A DNA stretch of 64,000 nucleotides from Promethearchaeota archaeon (lineage in GTDB: Archaea > Asgardarchaeota > Lokiarchaeia > Sigyniarchaeales > SOKP01). This document shows positions 10,521 to 20,707 of the stretch, piece by piece (within the stretch, counting starts at the first letter, position 1; each line of letters starts with the position of its first letter). The translations under genes were made by a program, and so were the position numbers. Below the pieces are notes generated by a model. That model was not told the origin of the DNA. It was given only the letters and a program-made list of their open reading frames with translations, and did not search any database. The DNA is taken from contig JBHLNF010000001.1 in NCBI GenBank assembly GCA_048937405.1, positions 256,001-320,000 of the forward strand, in the 5' to 3' direction.

Positions 10521-13157
10521 AAACTTTTGATTATTGGATTGACATTTTTTTTAATAAGCAGTATTATTATCACAATTGTACCACTTCCAACAAATAATTA
10601 TATACAAACTAAGATTAAAGAGAAAGATGACATTCCGATAAACGAAATTGAGCCAATGGACCTTGGGATTATCCAACGAAATTATAAAGCTGATGGATCA
10701 ATAATTGAGGTAAAAAATAGTATTAATTTAGCAGATTCAACAACCCCCGGTGTTGAATCGGGAGATCATCCATTAGGGATAGATCAAATTCGATTTATTC
10801 CAAATAATGAATTAGCATTTGTTTGTCCAGGATTAAGTACAGATTTTGTTAATCTAAATGAAGTAGATATCAATCTAATTGAAAATGGAGTTGCCTCAAC
10901 CCCTTATCAGACTATGTTGGATGCAAGTTGTAGTTATGAATTCCAAGGAGGAGAACTAGGAGGACAAGCTGTTGATGCTACAAGTGGAGATGTTGATGGT
11001 GATATGAAAGATGAACTTGTAATAATTGATGAATCCGGAAAAGTCCGGATTTATAAATACAATACGACTTTAAGGCAGTTTAATAACATTACTCAATATG
11101 ATCTAGATATATCTGATGAACATTATTTTTATAGTCTTTCTCTGAATCAATTTAATGAAGATCTAGGTTTAGAAATAGTAATTGGATGTGGTTATGGAGA
11201 AAAAATCCAAATCTGGGATCCAGTTAATGCTGTAGGCAATTATTATAGTCCAGGTCTACGAAGTACTACAAGTGGAAGCCCAGGAGGAATTGCTGAATTC
11301 CATATTACTGAAAATACAAACCTTATGGATATAGAAACTGGAGATTTTAATGGAAATGGGTTCTGTGATATTGTTACTCTCGCACAAGATGGAGATTTAT
11401 TAGCATTTGAATTTGATTCAGTAGCTATAACCCAATTAGGGAGTGGAATCGAATTGAGTAATGGTGATTGGCAAGGATATCCCCATAATTTTCCAATGGG
11501 TCTAGCTACCGGAGATTTTAATGGAGATTCTCGATTAGATATAGCTGTGATGAAGTGTGATGTCAATCCAGGTAGTTATTATATTTATGCTGAAAACTAT
11601 TACGTTGAAACTGTTTATTGGAAAGGATTTTCAGCAGGAGGTACTGAATTTGTGAATTTAGGTGGGATAGATTTATCAGATTACGATATCTTTTTTCCTT
11701 CAATTGGAGCAGGTGATATTGATGGGGATGGATTATCTGAAACAGTAGTAGTGGGGAAACATGGACAAGGTATAGAAGTAGAGGCATGGTCTGTGTTAAT
11801 TTTTGATGATTGGGCTATTCCTCAAACAGCTCCAAAAGTTAACTTTCTTGGCGAATCACAATGTCCTTGGGCTGCAAAATCCTTCTCTTTTTCTGATGTA
11901 GATTTGGATGGGATTGATGAAATTTGTTTTTCAAGTGTCGAGAAATATGGAAATATTAGGGAAGAAAAATATTTAGCACAATTAGAAGACAGAAATACCT
12001 CTATTGTTAAAATTAATACCGAAACAAATCCATGGACAGCTACTACCTTAAAAGAATTTGACTCAACTTTGGGATATCCCGTTCCAGGAGATTATGATGG
12101 GGATGCGATTGTAATAGAATATTCTGGTCAACATTTCCCTCGGATAACTCCTCAAATCCCTATTTTTGTTTTGGCAGCGCCACCTATTTATTTTGATCTA
12201 AATGGTGAAGGCAGTGGTACTGCGGTATCAAAAGAAGAGTCTACTTCAATGGAAGTATCTGAGAGATTTAGTGTTATGGCGGGAATTAGAGTTTCTTTTG
12301 AAACCGGATTTGAATTATTTGGTACAGGGTTAAAATTTAAAACTAGCTTAGAAGCCAATTATCAATTTTCTCAAACAAAAACTACTACACAAACCGAAAC
12401 GATAGGTGTACGATATTCATCTGGTCATATGGAAAATCAGATTATTTGTGATGCGGTTGATTATGAATCTTATTTATACACGGTAACAAAGCATCCAAAA
12501 TCAGAAATGATAGGAAAAAATATATCAATAGATGTACCTATAAAAGTCTCTATCTATAGTATGACAGAGTCTTTATACAATAATGATAATTCTACAAATT
12601 ATATTGGGTCTGAAACGTATACTCATACACCAGGAAAACCTGGAACCTATCCAACTCGAGAAGAAGTAAATGCTCTAGAAGAGGTTGTGAAGATTATTGA
12701 CAAAATAGAAGTACCACAGGGGACTGGTATGGGCTGTGGAAGTACATTAAAATATACAAGGGAAAATGCGGAATCTGTTGAAAAGGAACATTCAATGGAA
12801 CTAATTTTCTCAGCGGGTATAGAAGCAGGAGGCTTTGGACTTGATATAAGTGTAGGGTTTGGTCTTGCGTGGGCCAATAAAGTCACTTATGGTCAAAGTA
12901 TGACATACGAGGGTACAGTTGCATGTATCTCCGATGTTAATGATTGGATGGCCCATAAATATTCATGGGGTCTCTTTATACAAAATATTGAACCAGATGA
13001 AGGGTTTTCATATCAATTAGTCCACTATTATACTGAAGGCGCTCCTAGTGATGATAAACCTTCCGAAGCAGTTCCAGGTTACAATACACTTTTAGTTATT
13101 GGAGTATTGATCATTTCACTTATTGTCCTAATATATTTTAAAAAACCGAAAAAGTAA
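10509..13157 (+). CDS. Cell-surface FG-GAP (integrin-alpha-like propeller) protein with C-terminal Loki-CTERM-like anchor
   Basis: N-terminal hydrophobic signal, repeats GDVDGD/GDFNGNG/GDFNGD/GDIDGDG/DVDLDG, and C-terminal VPGY + TM + KKPKK. Confidence 0.85.
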   Translation: MIKNKLLIIGLTFFLISSIIITIVPLPTNNYIQTKIKEKDDIPINEIEPMDLGIIQRNYKADGSIIEVKNSINLADSTTPGVESGDHPLGIDQIRFIPNNELAFVCPGLSTDFVNLNEVDINLIENGVASTPYQTMLDASCSYEFQGGELGGQAVDATSGDVDGDMKDELVIIDESGKVRIYKYNTTLRQFNNITQYDLDISDEHYFYSLSLNQFNEDLGLEIVIGCGYGEKIQIWDPVNAVGNYYSPGLRSTTSGSPGGIAEFHITENTNLMDIETGDFNGNGFCDIVTLAQDGDLLAFEFDSVAITQLGSGIELSNGDWQGYPHNFPMGLATGDFNGDSRLDIAVMKCDVNPGSYYIYAENYYVETVYWKGFSAGGTEFVNLGGIDLSDYDIFFPSIGAGDIDGDGLSETVVVGKHGQGIEVEAWSVLIFDDWAIPQTAPKVNFLGESQCPWAAKSFSFSDVDLDGIDEICFSSVEKYGNIREEKYLAQLEDRNTSIVKINTETNPWTATTLKEFDSTLGYPVPGDYDGDAIVIEYSGQHFPRITPQIPIFVLAAPPIYFDLNGEGSGTAVSKEESTSMEVSERFSVMAGIRVSFETGFELFGTGLKFKTSLEANYQFSQTKTTTQTETIGVRYSSGHMENQIICDAVDYESYLYTVTKHPKSEMIGKNISIDVPIKVSIYSMTESLYNNDNSTNYIGSETYTHTPGKPGTYPTREEVNALEEVVKIIDKIEVPQGTGMGCGSTLKYTRENAESVEKEHSMELIFSAGIEAGGFGLDISVGFGLAWANKVTYGQSMTYEGTVACISDVNDWMAHKYSWGLFIQNIEPDEGFSYQLVHYYTEGAPSDDKPSEAVPGYNTLLVIGVLIISLIVLIYFKKPKK

Positions 13158-13635
13158 GTTCTATTACCTTTTAAGTCGTAGCTTCTTTTTTTTTTTTATT
13201 TTGTTGGATGATTTTCATTTTCCCTTCATAAAGAAGAATATTAAAAATATCGTGAATCTCACTTGCCAATAATTTAATAAGGGTCAAAAGTATGATGCTA
13301 TAGAATGACTTAAAGAATCAAAGAAGAATTCCTTAAAACTTAAATAGTCTAAAGGTGTAGTCTATGCAGAACATATGATCCTAAAAACTAAAAAAAAATA
13401 TAAGAGAAAAAAGAGGAGAAGCGATTTAGGCGAAAATAATCAATTTATGATTATTAGGGATTAAGATAAGTTTTTTGCTTTAATTGCTTTCTTAGAAGAA
13501 AAGACCATACTTGAATAACGAATTAGTGAAGAAATGAGAGAAATTTACAAATTATTACCAAATGGTCGTTAAATTTTTCATATTGTTAAGAGTGAAACTG
13601 TAAAGATTAAAAAAGGAGTTTTTTTAGTTTATAAT

Positions 13636-14838
13636 ATGGTAGTCTATTTTGCGTTTTTATTTCATATCTATCAACCCCCAGTTCAGATACCCGCTGTTAT
13701 CAACCAAATCGTAAAAGAATCATATCGACCGATAATTGATGCATTGATGGAACACCCTGAAGCAAAAATAAGCTTAAATATTAATGGCACGTTAACGGAA
13801 CAATTACATGATTTTGGATATGATGATTTAATCGGGTTGATGACTACCCTTGCCTCAAGGGGGCAAATTGAGTTTACAGGGTCAGGAAAGTTTCACCCCT
13901 TACTTCCTCTCATTCCTGAGCCTGAAATTATGCGCCAAATCAAACTTAATAATGAAACGAATCGACATTTTTTTGGAGAATTGTATAAACCACGAGGCTT
14001 TTTTCCCCCAGAAATGGCAGTTTCCGAAGAGGTGTTTAAAACCGTTAGGAAAGCAGGGTTTGATTGGATGATCATGAGCGGAATTGCTAATACATTGCCA
14101 GAATTTCCTACAAATCATATATCTGTTCATCCAAATGGGTTAAAAGTGCTATTTAGGGATGATTATATTTCCATTGATTGCGCTTTTGATAAGATTAATA
14201 ATGTGGAAGCATTTGCCAATAGATTAAAATATATGAATAGCCCAAATGACGTATACGTAATTCTAAGTCTTGATGGAGAAACATTTGGACATCATGTAAA
14301 GCACGCGATAAAAGATTTCTTAATTCCATTGTTCGAGGCTCTCCCTCACAGAGACGATATAAAAATAGGTACGGTGTCGGAATTAATGGATAAATTCCCC
14401 AAGGGGTTCACTCAGGTTCCGCGGGATTCCAGTTGGTCCACCATGCCCTACGATATTGCCCATGATGTCCCCTTTCCCCTCTGGTTCGACCCAAACAATG
14501 AGATCCACAGAGAACAGCATAAGTTTTTCATGTATGCCCTCACTTTAATCCATCTCTCCAATAAATATCGGGAAAGCATGAATGACGAGAAAAAACGAAT
14601 TTTTGACAACGCTAGAAACTTGTTAGATCGCGGAATTCATTCATGTCAGCAATGGTGGGCTTCCAAACGCCCATGGTACAGCCCTGATATGATACTCCGC
14701 GGATTGAATGAAGTATTGATGGCAAGCGTCAATGCGAAACGTAGTATTCCAGATAATAATCCTGACATTAAAGATGCGATGGAGCTTATTATGGGAGATA
14801 TGCTAAAAGCTCAAAACAAAATAATACTGTCTCTTTAA
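13636..14838 (+). CDS. Glycoside hydrolase family 57 (alpha-amylase/amylopullulanase-like)
   Basis: HIYQP, HPLLPL, FPPEMA (nucleophile Glu), DGETFGHH (acid/base Asp) and SSWS motifs. Confidence 0.92.
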   Translation: MVVYFAFLFHIYQPPVQIPAVINQIVKESYRPIIDALMEHPEAKISLNINGTLTEQLHDFGYDDLIGLMTTLASRGQIEFTGSGKFHPLLPLIPEPEIMRQIKLNNETNRHFFGELYKPRGFFPPEMAVSEEVFKTVRKAGFDWMIMSGIANTLPEFPTNHISVHPNGLKVLFRDDYISIDCAFDKINNVEAFANRLKYMNSPNDVYVILSLDGETFGHHVKHAIKDFLIPLFEALPHRDDIKIGTVSELMDKFPKGFTQVPRDSSWSTMPYDIAHDVPFPLWFDPNNEIHREQHKFFMYALTLIHLSNKYRESMNDEKKRIFDNARNLLDRGIHSCQQWWASKRPWYSPDMILRGLNEVLMASVNAKRSIPDNNPDIKDAMELIMGDMLKAQNKIILSL

Positions 14839-14977
14839 TTCTTAATATTCTGAAATGAAAAGTTAAGTATAAATTTGGATAAAGCTTAAAATAAAATAAT
14901 CGTAACTTTGATGTGAAAACGAAAAAAAAGAAGAAAAAATGTAATAAGAACTTAATTAAGTCCTAGTACCGTTTAAT

Positions 14978-15343
14978 TTATACATTAGCTGTTTCTAAAG
15001 GTGATTTCTTGAGATTTCCCTCCAGTAAATCAAAAATACTATTCCAAAGGAGTTTTTTAGACTTCTTACCGCTCTTTTCAAACTCTACTTTCAAAATTTT
15101 ACCTTCGGATGGATCATCTATGATATGAAAGGTTCCAATAAAATCTTTCCCTGATTTTATTTCTATTATATTGGATGCAATATTATTGATTATAATTTCT
15201 TTTCCAAGAAACTTAAATAAGAATTGGCCTCGTAGATTTTCTAGAAATGCCTCAACTGCGCTGGTAATAACAGTATTAATTAAACTATCAGTCCAATCTG
15301 GATGACATTTTATAATTTTTGGCTTAGTATTATTTGTGTTATT
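14978..15343 (-). CDS. Stand-alone paralog of the C-terminal domain of the upstream SIR2-TPR protein (no ATG/GTG/TTG near the 5' end)
   Basis: 121 open codons, ...KIIKCHPDW...NIIEIKSGKDFIGTFHII...ILKVEFE...LW..., aligning with EIICHPKW...NLLEISSGDNFKATFHII...ILHIEWE...VW of 15385-17556. Confidence 0.65.
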   Translation of the reverse strand, partial: NNTNNTKPKIIKCHPDWTDSLINTVITSAVEAFLENLRGQFLFKFLGKEIIINNIASNIIEIKSGKDFIGTFHIIDDPSEGKILKVEFEKSGKKSKKLLWNSIFDLLEGNLKKSPLETANV

Positions 15344-15384
15344 TTATCTTTAATAAAGGTTTAGGTTAATAGAAAATTACGGTA

Positions 15385-17556
15385 TTATTTTATCAAGGAT
15401 TTTAAACCTGGTTTTTTGAACAAATCTGTCAATGAGGAGATAATTCCTTCCCATACTTGTCTTGTCACCGGACTCCTTTCTTCCCATTCAATATGAAGGA
15501 TCTGTTTCTTCTTATCTTTTTCAATAATATGAAAAGTGGCTTTAAAATTATCACCAGAGGAGATTTCTAAGAGGTTTGGTTCCAATTCATTACAATTTGT
15601 TATAACTCTTTGCCAATTAAGGGAATCTCTAAAATTGTCAAAAAAGGGTTTTATAAATCCTTTTAAAAAATTTTTAATGTCATTTGAATTCCATTTTGGA
15701 TGGCAAATGATCTCTTGTTTTATTTTTCTTATTCCTTGAGTATCTCCATCTTTGACGACCATACCTATAGTTTCCGCTGTTTTATCTTTAGCTGCTTTAA
15801 TCAATTCAAGGATGGAGTTTTTTGTTTCTTTTTCTCCAATTATTTCGGCAATATTACTTGCTTCTTCATATAATTCAACCGCTTCTTGAAACTTTCCTTG
15901 AGATTCATTTATCCTTGCCAAATTTGCTAAGCATACGATTTTTAAACTAGGAACCCCCAATTGTTCGGAGATTTTTAATGCTTCTTCCGTACTTTTCTTA
16001 GCTTCTTTATAATTTCTAGATGCTGCATAGATGTTTGCTATATTATTTAGAATAATACCTTTTGGTTTTAGGAGTCCTAATTTTTCTATGATTTCTAATC
16101 CTTCATTATAGTGTTTTAAAGCCTCAGAGTATTGCTGTTGCTTACTGTATAAATCACCAAGATTATTATGACAAGATGCTTGTTTCTTTAAATCTCCCAC
16201 CCTTTTATCGATATCTAGTGATTCTTTATACTTTATCATTGCTGCAGGATAATCTTTAATTTTTGTATAAGCTAATGCCATATTATTAAAAATACTAGAT
16301 TTTAGAGACAATTCACTGGAAATTGTAGGAATATCATAAGCCTCTTCTAAATTTTTTAAGGCCTCTGAATATTTTCCTTGATCTATTAAAACTTCTGCAA
16401 TATCATTGAGAGCAATTGCTATCCAAATATTATATCCTCCTTCATTAGCAATTTGAAGAATTTCTTTACTGCTCTTTATAGCATTTGGATACATATCCAA
16501 AGCACGGTAGATTCTATTAGGAATATAATGTTGAGTAACTTCAAGGACATTTTGATAAATTTTATTGAGATATTCTTTGAGATCCAGAGAAAAATTTTCA
16601 TTACTTATATTAGGTTTAATATCTAATAATTCTTCTACCATTTTATCCGTGTTCACATTTACCAAGTATATTTGGTTTATATTTTTCCCCTGCCAGATTT
16701 CATAAAGAATCTGAGCAACTTTCCTTAAATTCATTTCCAATTTGTCTAATGATTGAGATGTATTATCACTAATCTCGTATATCTGTTCTTTTCCCATTTC
16801 TATGTTATGTGTAAAATTTATCCATATAATATTCTGAACATAGTTTAATATTTTTAAGGTGGGTACAATATCAAAATCATCGCTGCCAGAATAACCCATT
16901 ACTACTAAGGAACGATCTTTTGTGACATTTTCAAATAAAGGGCGTTTAAAAGATTCTAATTGAAATACATTTTCTCCCTGTTTGTTTGATCCAAATGCTT
17001 GAATTGTGGCAACTAGAGAATCTCTGGTGTTTTCTTTGGTTGAAAAATTTTTTGTTGAACCATGTATTTTATATACTGATTTTTTTCCTTGATTTAACTG
17101 TTCATAAGGATCTGCAAATTTTTCAAAATCCTCTTTTGTTATTACTGGAACAATCTCCTCAAGAGCTACCCCTGATTGGTTTAAGGCATATTCAATTAAA
17201 TAATCGAAATTAGTAGTCATAACAAAATTTCCACGTTTTATCATCTCTGCTAAGAAAAAATGTTGGATATTTGGTTTATCACATTGACCATAGTAATCGA
17301 TAAGACTGAGATTTTTATCTATTTGATTTCGAATAACCTCAACTAAAGCTTCAAATCGTAATTTTCCTGATTTCATTAACTCTAATATGGTATTAATCTC
17401 AGATTGAGCACATGTATGATTAATTAATGCGTTCATCATTGCATACCCTGCGGGAAGACATGAAGGAGCACTAACGGAACAACCTGCTCCCACTAAAAAA
17501 GTCCATTTTTGATCCAAATTTAGCAAATCATTTATCTTAAGGTTAGTAAGTCTCAT
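15385..17556 (-). CDS. SIR2-like (SIR2_2) domain + TPR repeats + unknown C-terminal domain
   Basis: FLVGAGCS, TTNFD, KIHGS and VMGYSGSDD motifs, followed by TPR-type repeats (NNMA/NNLG/NNIA). Confidence 0.88.
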   Translation of the reverse strand: MRLTNLKINDLLNLDQKWTFLVGAGCSVSAPSCLPAGYAMMNALINHTCAQSEINTILELMKSGKLRFEALVEVIRNQIDKNLSLIDYYGQCDKPNIQHFFLAEMIKRGNFVMTTNFDYLIEYALNQSGVALEEIVPVITKEDFEKFADPYEQLNQGKKSVYKIHGSTKNFSTKENTRDSLVATIQAFGSNKQGENVFQLESFKRPLFENVTKDRSLVVMGYSGSDDFDIVPTLKILNYVQNIIWINFTHNIEMGKEQIYEISDNTSQSLDKLEMNLRKVAQILYEIWQGKNINQIYLVNVNTDKMVEELLDIKPNISNENFSLDLKEYLNKIYQNVLEVTQHYIPNRIYRALDMYPNAIKSSKEILQIANEGGYNIWIAIALNDIAEVLIDQGKYSEALKNLEEAYDIPTISSELSLKSSIFNNMALAYTKIKDYPAAMIKYKESLDIDKRVGDLKKQASCHNNLGDLYSKQQQYSEALKHYNEGLEIIEKLGLLKPKGIILNNIANIYAASRNYKEAKKSTEEALKISEQLGVPSLKIVCLANLARINESQGKFQEAVELYEEASNIAEIIGEKETKNSILELIKAAKDKTAETIGMVVKDGDTQGIRKIKQEIICHPKWNSNDIKNFLKGFIKPFFDNFRDSLNWQRVITNCNELEPNLLEISSGDNFKATFHIIEKDKKKQILHIEWEERSPVTRQVWEGIISSLTDLFKKPGLKSLIK

Positions 17557-17656
17557 AAGATTTCACCATTAAAATATAAAATTTAGGAATAATAAGGAAG
17601 AGCATTATTTATTTATTATGTTTCTACTTAAATGTAAAAAAGACAAAATTAATATA

Positions 17657-17714
17657 ATGGAGCTTATTATGGAAGATACACTAAATACACAAGATAAGAT
17701 AGTTTTGTCCTTAA
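17657..17714 (+). pseudogene. Remnant of the GH57 gene 3' end
   Basis: Reads MELIMEDTLNTQDKIVLSL versus GH57 MELIMGDMLKAQNKIILSL, with an identical 16-mer ATGGAGCTTATTATGG. Confidence 0.75.
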
Positions 17715-17864
17715 TGTGAATATTGGTTTCAAATAGAGAAATCATTAAATTAACTCATCTTGATAATGTAATTTTATTAGAAAAATCTTTCAATTTCTTC
17801 AATAATCTCTTCTGAATAATGAGTTTTTCAATATGCACAATTGCTTCTGTTACTAATTTAGTTT

Positions 17865-19568
17865 TTAAATACTAATTTCATCTTCTTCTACTTTTAAAAC
17901 TAATTTAAAAGTACTTCCTTTTCCATATTTGCTTTTTACTGTTATATCTCCTCCGAGTAAATTCGCTAACTTCTTAGAAAGATGAAGTCCTAGACCACTT
18001 CCCTCTTTATACTTTCCAGGTTCAGGAATTCGACTAAATGGTTTGAATAATTTATTTAAATCCTCTTTTTGTATTCCTGAACCAGTATCTTTAACAGAAA
18101 TTACAACGCTTTCTTTTTTTCTTTTAATTTTTATAGATATTCTTCCGCTATCAGTGAATTTTATTGCATTTCCGATCAGATTTATTAAAATTTGATTTAC
18201 CCGTTTTTTATCGTTGCTAATTATAAGGTTTTCGGGAGCATCAATAAATAGGTCGAGACCTTTTTTCTTAGCAGCAACACTGAAAGTTTCTTTCAAATTT
18301 ATTAACTCTTCTACGAGATTAAAGTTATCTTTTACTATGGGTAATTTACTTATTTCTATTTTAGTCATATCAATTGTATCAGTTATTAAATCATCTAAAT
18401 AAGTTGCACTGTTGAGAATAATATTAAGTTGGTTTTCTTGTTCTTCATTTATCTCTCCGGCTCTTCCCTTCAATATTGTTCTTGTAAAACCTATTATAGA
18501 GGTTAATGGAGTTTTTAACTCATGAGTTATACTTGCTAAAAAGCTAACTTGTTGCGGTCTTGTGAACATTGCTAAGAAATCAGCTTTATAGGCTTCATCC
18601 TTTTTTAATTTTTCTTCACTTACTGAGAGTATTTCAGAATGCATGTTTTTTATTATGTGAATCAACAATATAGAAAAATATATAATTGCGAATAATAATT
18701 CACTGATTAATAAATTCCATTCAAAAGACCAATTTTTTTGTTTAGTTACTACACCAATATCAATAATTGTAATTCCAATGAGTATAGGAATAGTAAAAAT
18801 TGCAAAAAATACCCAATAAGTTAGGGGTTTAGAAACTACATTAGGATCAAAAATTATTGGAATAATAATAATACAACAACCTGTAATTAAAAAAAGAGGA
18901 CCTAAAAATAATGGAAATAAATTGAGCTCTTTATGAGTACTTTTTGCAAAGTTTAATGAAATCATGAATAATATAAATCCAGAGAAAAAGAACGAAGACA
19001 CAGCTTTAAACTCAAGACGGGACCATTTAGTATAAAGAAATAATATTAATGGAATAAAAACTATTAATTCAATTACTAAAAAGACATTAAAAACAAATTT
19101 CGCTATTCTAATTTTATTGATGATTGAAAAAAAAATTTCTATCCCTATCGTAACTGTACAAATAATTGTCAGAAGAAATCTTGTTCGTTTTGCGATTATA
19201 TCAAATGCTAATACAAAGAACATACCTCCTAATCCAAAAGAGATATAACTTAATACACCAAAAAGTGTGTATGGGTCAGAGATTCGTTCAGAAGATGGAT
19301 AATCTCCGCAAAATGTTAATGAGTCGTTAACAAAATTTACTGGAGATAGAGGGATTTGAAGAACTTGAAAATAAGTAAATAACAGACTAAATGCAAAACC
19401 AAGGGGCAAACTTGCTAGTCCTAGCATACTAATTCTTTCCCTAAAGACTTCTCTTTTTCCTGCTATATGTATAAAATAAATTCCACATATTAAGGCAATT
19501 GTAATTGCACATCCCCAAAGAAATCTTTCAAGGGGATCCCAAACCATTACTCCATTAATACATCCCAT
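17865..19568 (-). CDS. Polytopic membrane sensor histidine kinase
   Basis: Multi-TM N-terminal half, then ITHELKTPL, NLIGNAIKF, DTGSGI and GSGLGL. Confidence 0.93.
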   Translation of the reverse strand: MGCINGVMVWDPLERFLWGCAITIALICGIYFIHIAGKREVFRERISMLGLASLPLGFAFSLLFTYFQVLQIPLSPVNFVNDSLTFCGDYPSSERISDPYTLFGVLSYISFGLGGMFFVLAFDIIAKRTRFLLTIICTVTIGIEIFFSIINKIRIAKFVFNVFLVIELIVFIPLILFLYTKWSRLEFKAVSSFFFSGFILFMISLNFAKSTHKELNLFPLFLGPLFLITGCCIIIIPIIFDPNVVSKPLTYWVFFAIFTIPILIGITIIDIGVVTKQKNWSFEWNLLISELLFAIIYFSILLIHIIKNMHSEILSVSEEKLKKDEAYKADFLAMFTRPQQVSFLASITHELKTPLTSIIGFTRTILKGRAGEINEEQENQLNIILNSATYLDDLITDTIDMTKIEISKLPIVKDNFNLVEELINLKETFSVAAKKKGLDLFIDAPENLIISNDKKRVNQILINLIGNAIKFTDSGRISIKIKRKKESVVISVKDTGSGIQKEDLNKLFKPFSRIPEPGKYKEGSGLGLHLSKKLANLLGGDITVKSKYGKGSTFKLVLKVEEDEISI

Positions 19569-19660
19569 ATTTTCATCTTCTCGTTGAATATTAATGTTTT
19601 AATTCAATATTTTCAATTTTTCAAATTAATATTACACTTAAATTTAAGAAAATATAAATA

Positions 19661-19689
19661 TTAATTACTTTATTGTCAAATATTTAAAT
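19661..19689 (+). promoter_or_regulatory. 29-bp upstream motif, copy 1 (before the response regulator)
   Basis: TTAATTACTTTATTGTCAAATATTTAAAT, 27/29 identical to 20609-20637; contains TATA-like TATTTAAA. Confidence 0.65.
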
Positions 19690-19718
19690 CTTTTTTATTC
19701 ATTTATTGGAGAATTAAA

Positions 19719-20612
19719 ATGAAACCCTTAATACTTGTAGTTGAGGATGATCCCAATATATTAAAATATCTGAAAATGACTTTAGAATTTAATGAATGCA
19801 AAGTAATTACAGCAGAAAACGGAAAAATGGGTTTAAAAGTTCTTTCAGAGCTAAAAGAACCTCTTGATCTTATTATTAGTGATATTATGATGCCCGAGAT
19901 GAATGGATACGACTTTTTTGATGCTGTTTCTAATAATTCAGCCTATTATCAGGTTCCATTCATCTTCCTTTCCGCTCTTGATTCTCCGGAAGATATTCGA
20001 TTTGGAAAGATGCTTGGAGTAGATGATTATATCACTAAACCTATTAATGAAGAAGACTTTCTGGCAATTGTTTTTGGCAAAATTAAACGCGGTAAAAAAA
20101 TTAGCGTGATTAATGAAAAAATAAATGAAATTTATTCTACCCCTGGGATCTCAGAATTACTAGTTCCTAAGGAAAATGAGGAAATAATTTTATTAATTGA
20201 AGTAAACTGGGATGATGTAGTAGGTCCAAAATTAATAAACTATTATCCCAAAGATATTGAATTAGATGTATCGCTTAGTAATATTAGTGATCAGCTTTAT
20301 GATGGTGTTAAAGCAATGTATGGTCAAGATGCTATTTTAACTGGAGAAGGACTCTTAATTAATTTAAAAAATCTAAATGTTAGTGCATATGTCTTTTTTG
20401 ATTCATATCTTGATAAATCTTATAGAGGAGGAAGAAAAGATTATATGTTTTCGCTAATTGCATCCACTATAACATATTTCCAGTCTCTAAAAATTAAACA
20501 AGTTTTTATAGAACTATCATCTTTATATAAAAAACAGGAAAAATGGGATATAGAAAAGTTTTGGAACGAATTTTATGAGATCCTTTCAAAACCATCACTA
20601 ATATCTAGTTAA
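19719..20612 (+). CDS. Response regulator receiver fused to a longin/uDENN-like domain
   Basis: Receiver motifs VVEDD, ISDIMMP and KP. The C-terminal LIEVNWDDVVGPKLINYYP resembles the FDxxxGP..YP start of longin/uDENN domains (inference). Confidence 0.8.
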   Translation: MKPLILVVEDDPNILKYLKMTLEFNECKVITAENGKMGLKVLSELKEPLDLIISDIMMPEMNGYDFFDAVSNNSAYYQVPFIFLSALDSPEDIRFGKMLGVDDYITKPINEEDFLAIVFGKIKRGKKISVINEKINEIYSTPGISELLVPKENEEIILLIEVNWDDVVGPKLINYYPKDIELDVSLSNISDQLYDGVKAMYGQDAILTGEGLLINLKNLNVSAYVFFDSYLDKSYRGGRKDYMFSLIASTITYFQSLKIKQVFIELSSLYKKQEKWDIEKFWNEFYEILSKPSLISS

Positions 20613-20637
20613 TTACTTTTCTGTCAAATATTTAAAT
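20609..20637 (+). promoter_or_regulatory. 29-bp upstream motif, copy 2 (before the small GTPase)
   Basis: TTAATTACTTTTCTGTCAAATATTTAAAT. Confidence 0.65.
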
Positions 20638-20707
20638 AACTTCAAAAATTCTTTCATTTCAAAGTTTTGATATTAATTATAATAATAAACAAAGAGATGA
20701 ATTATTA

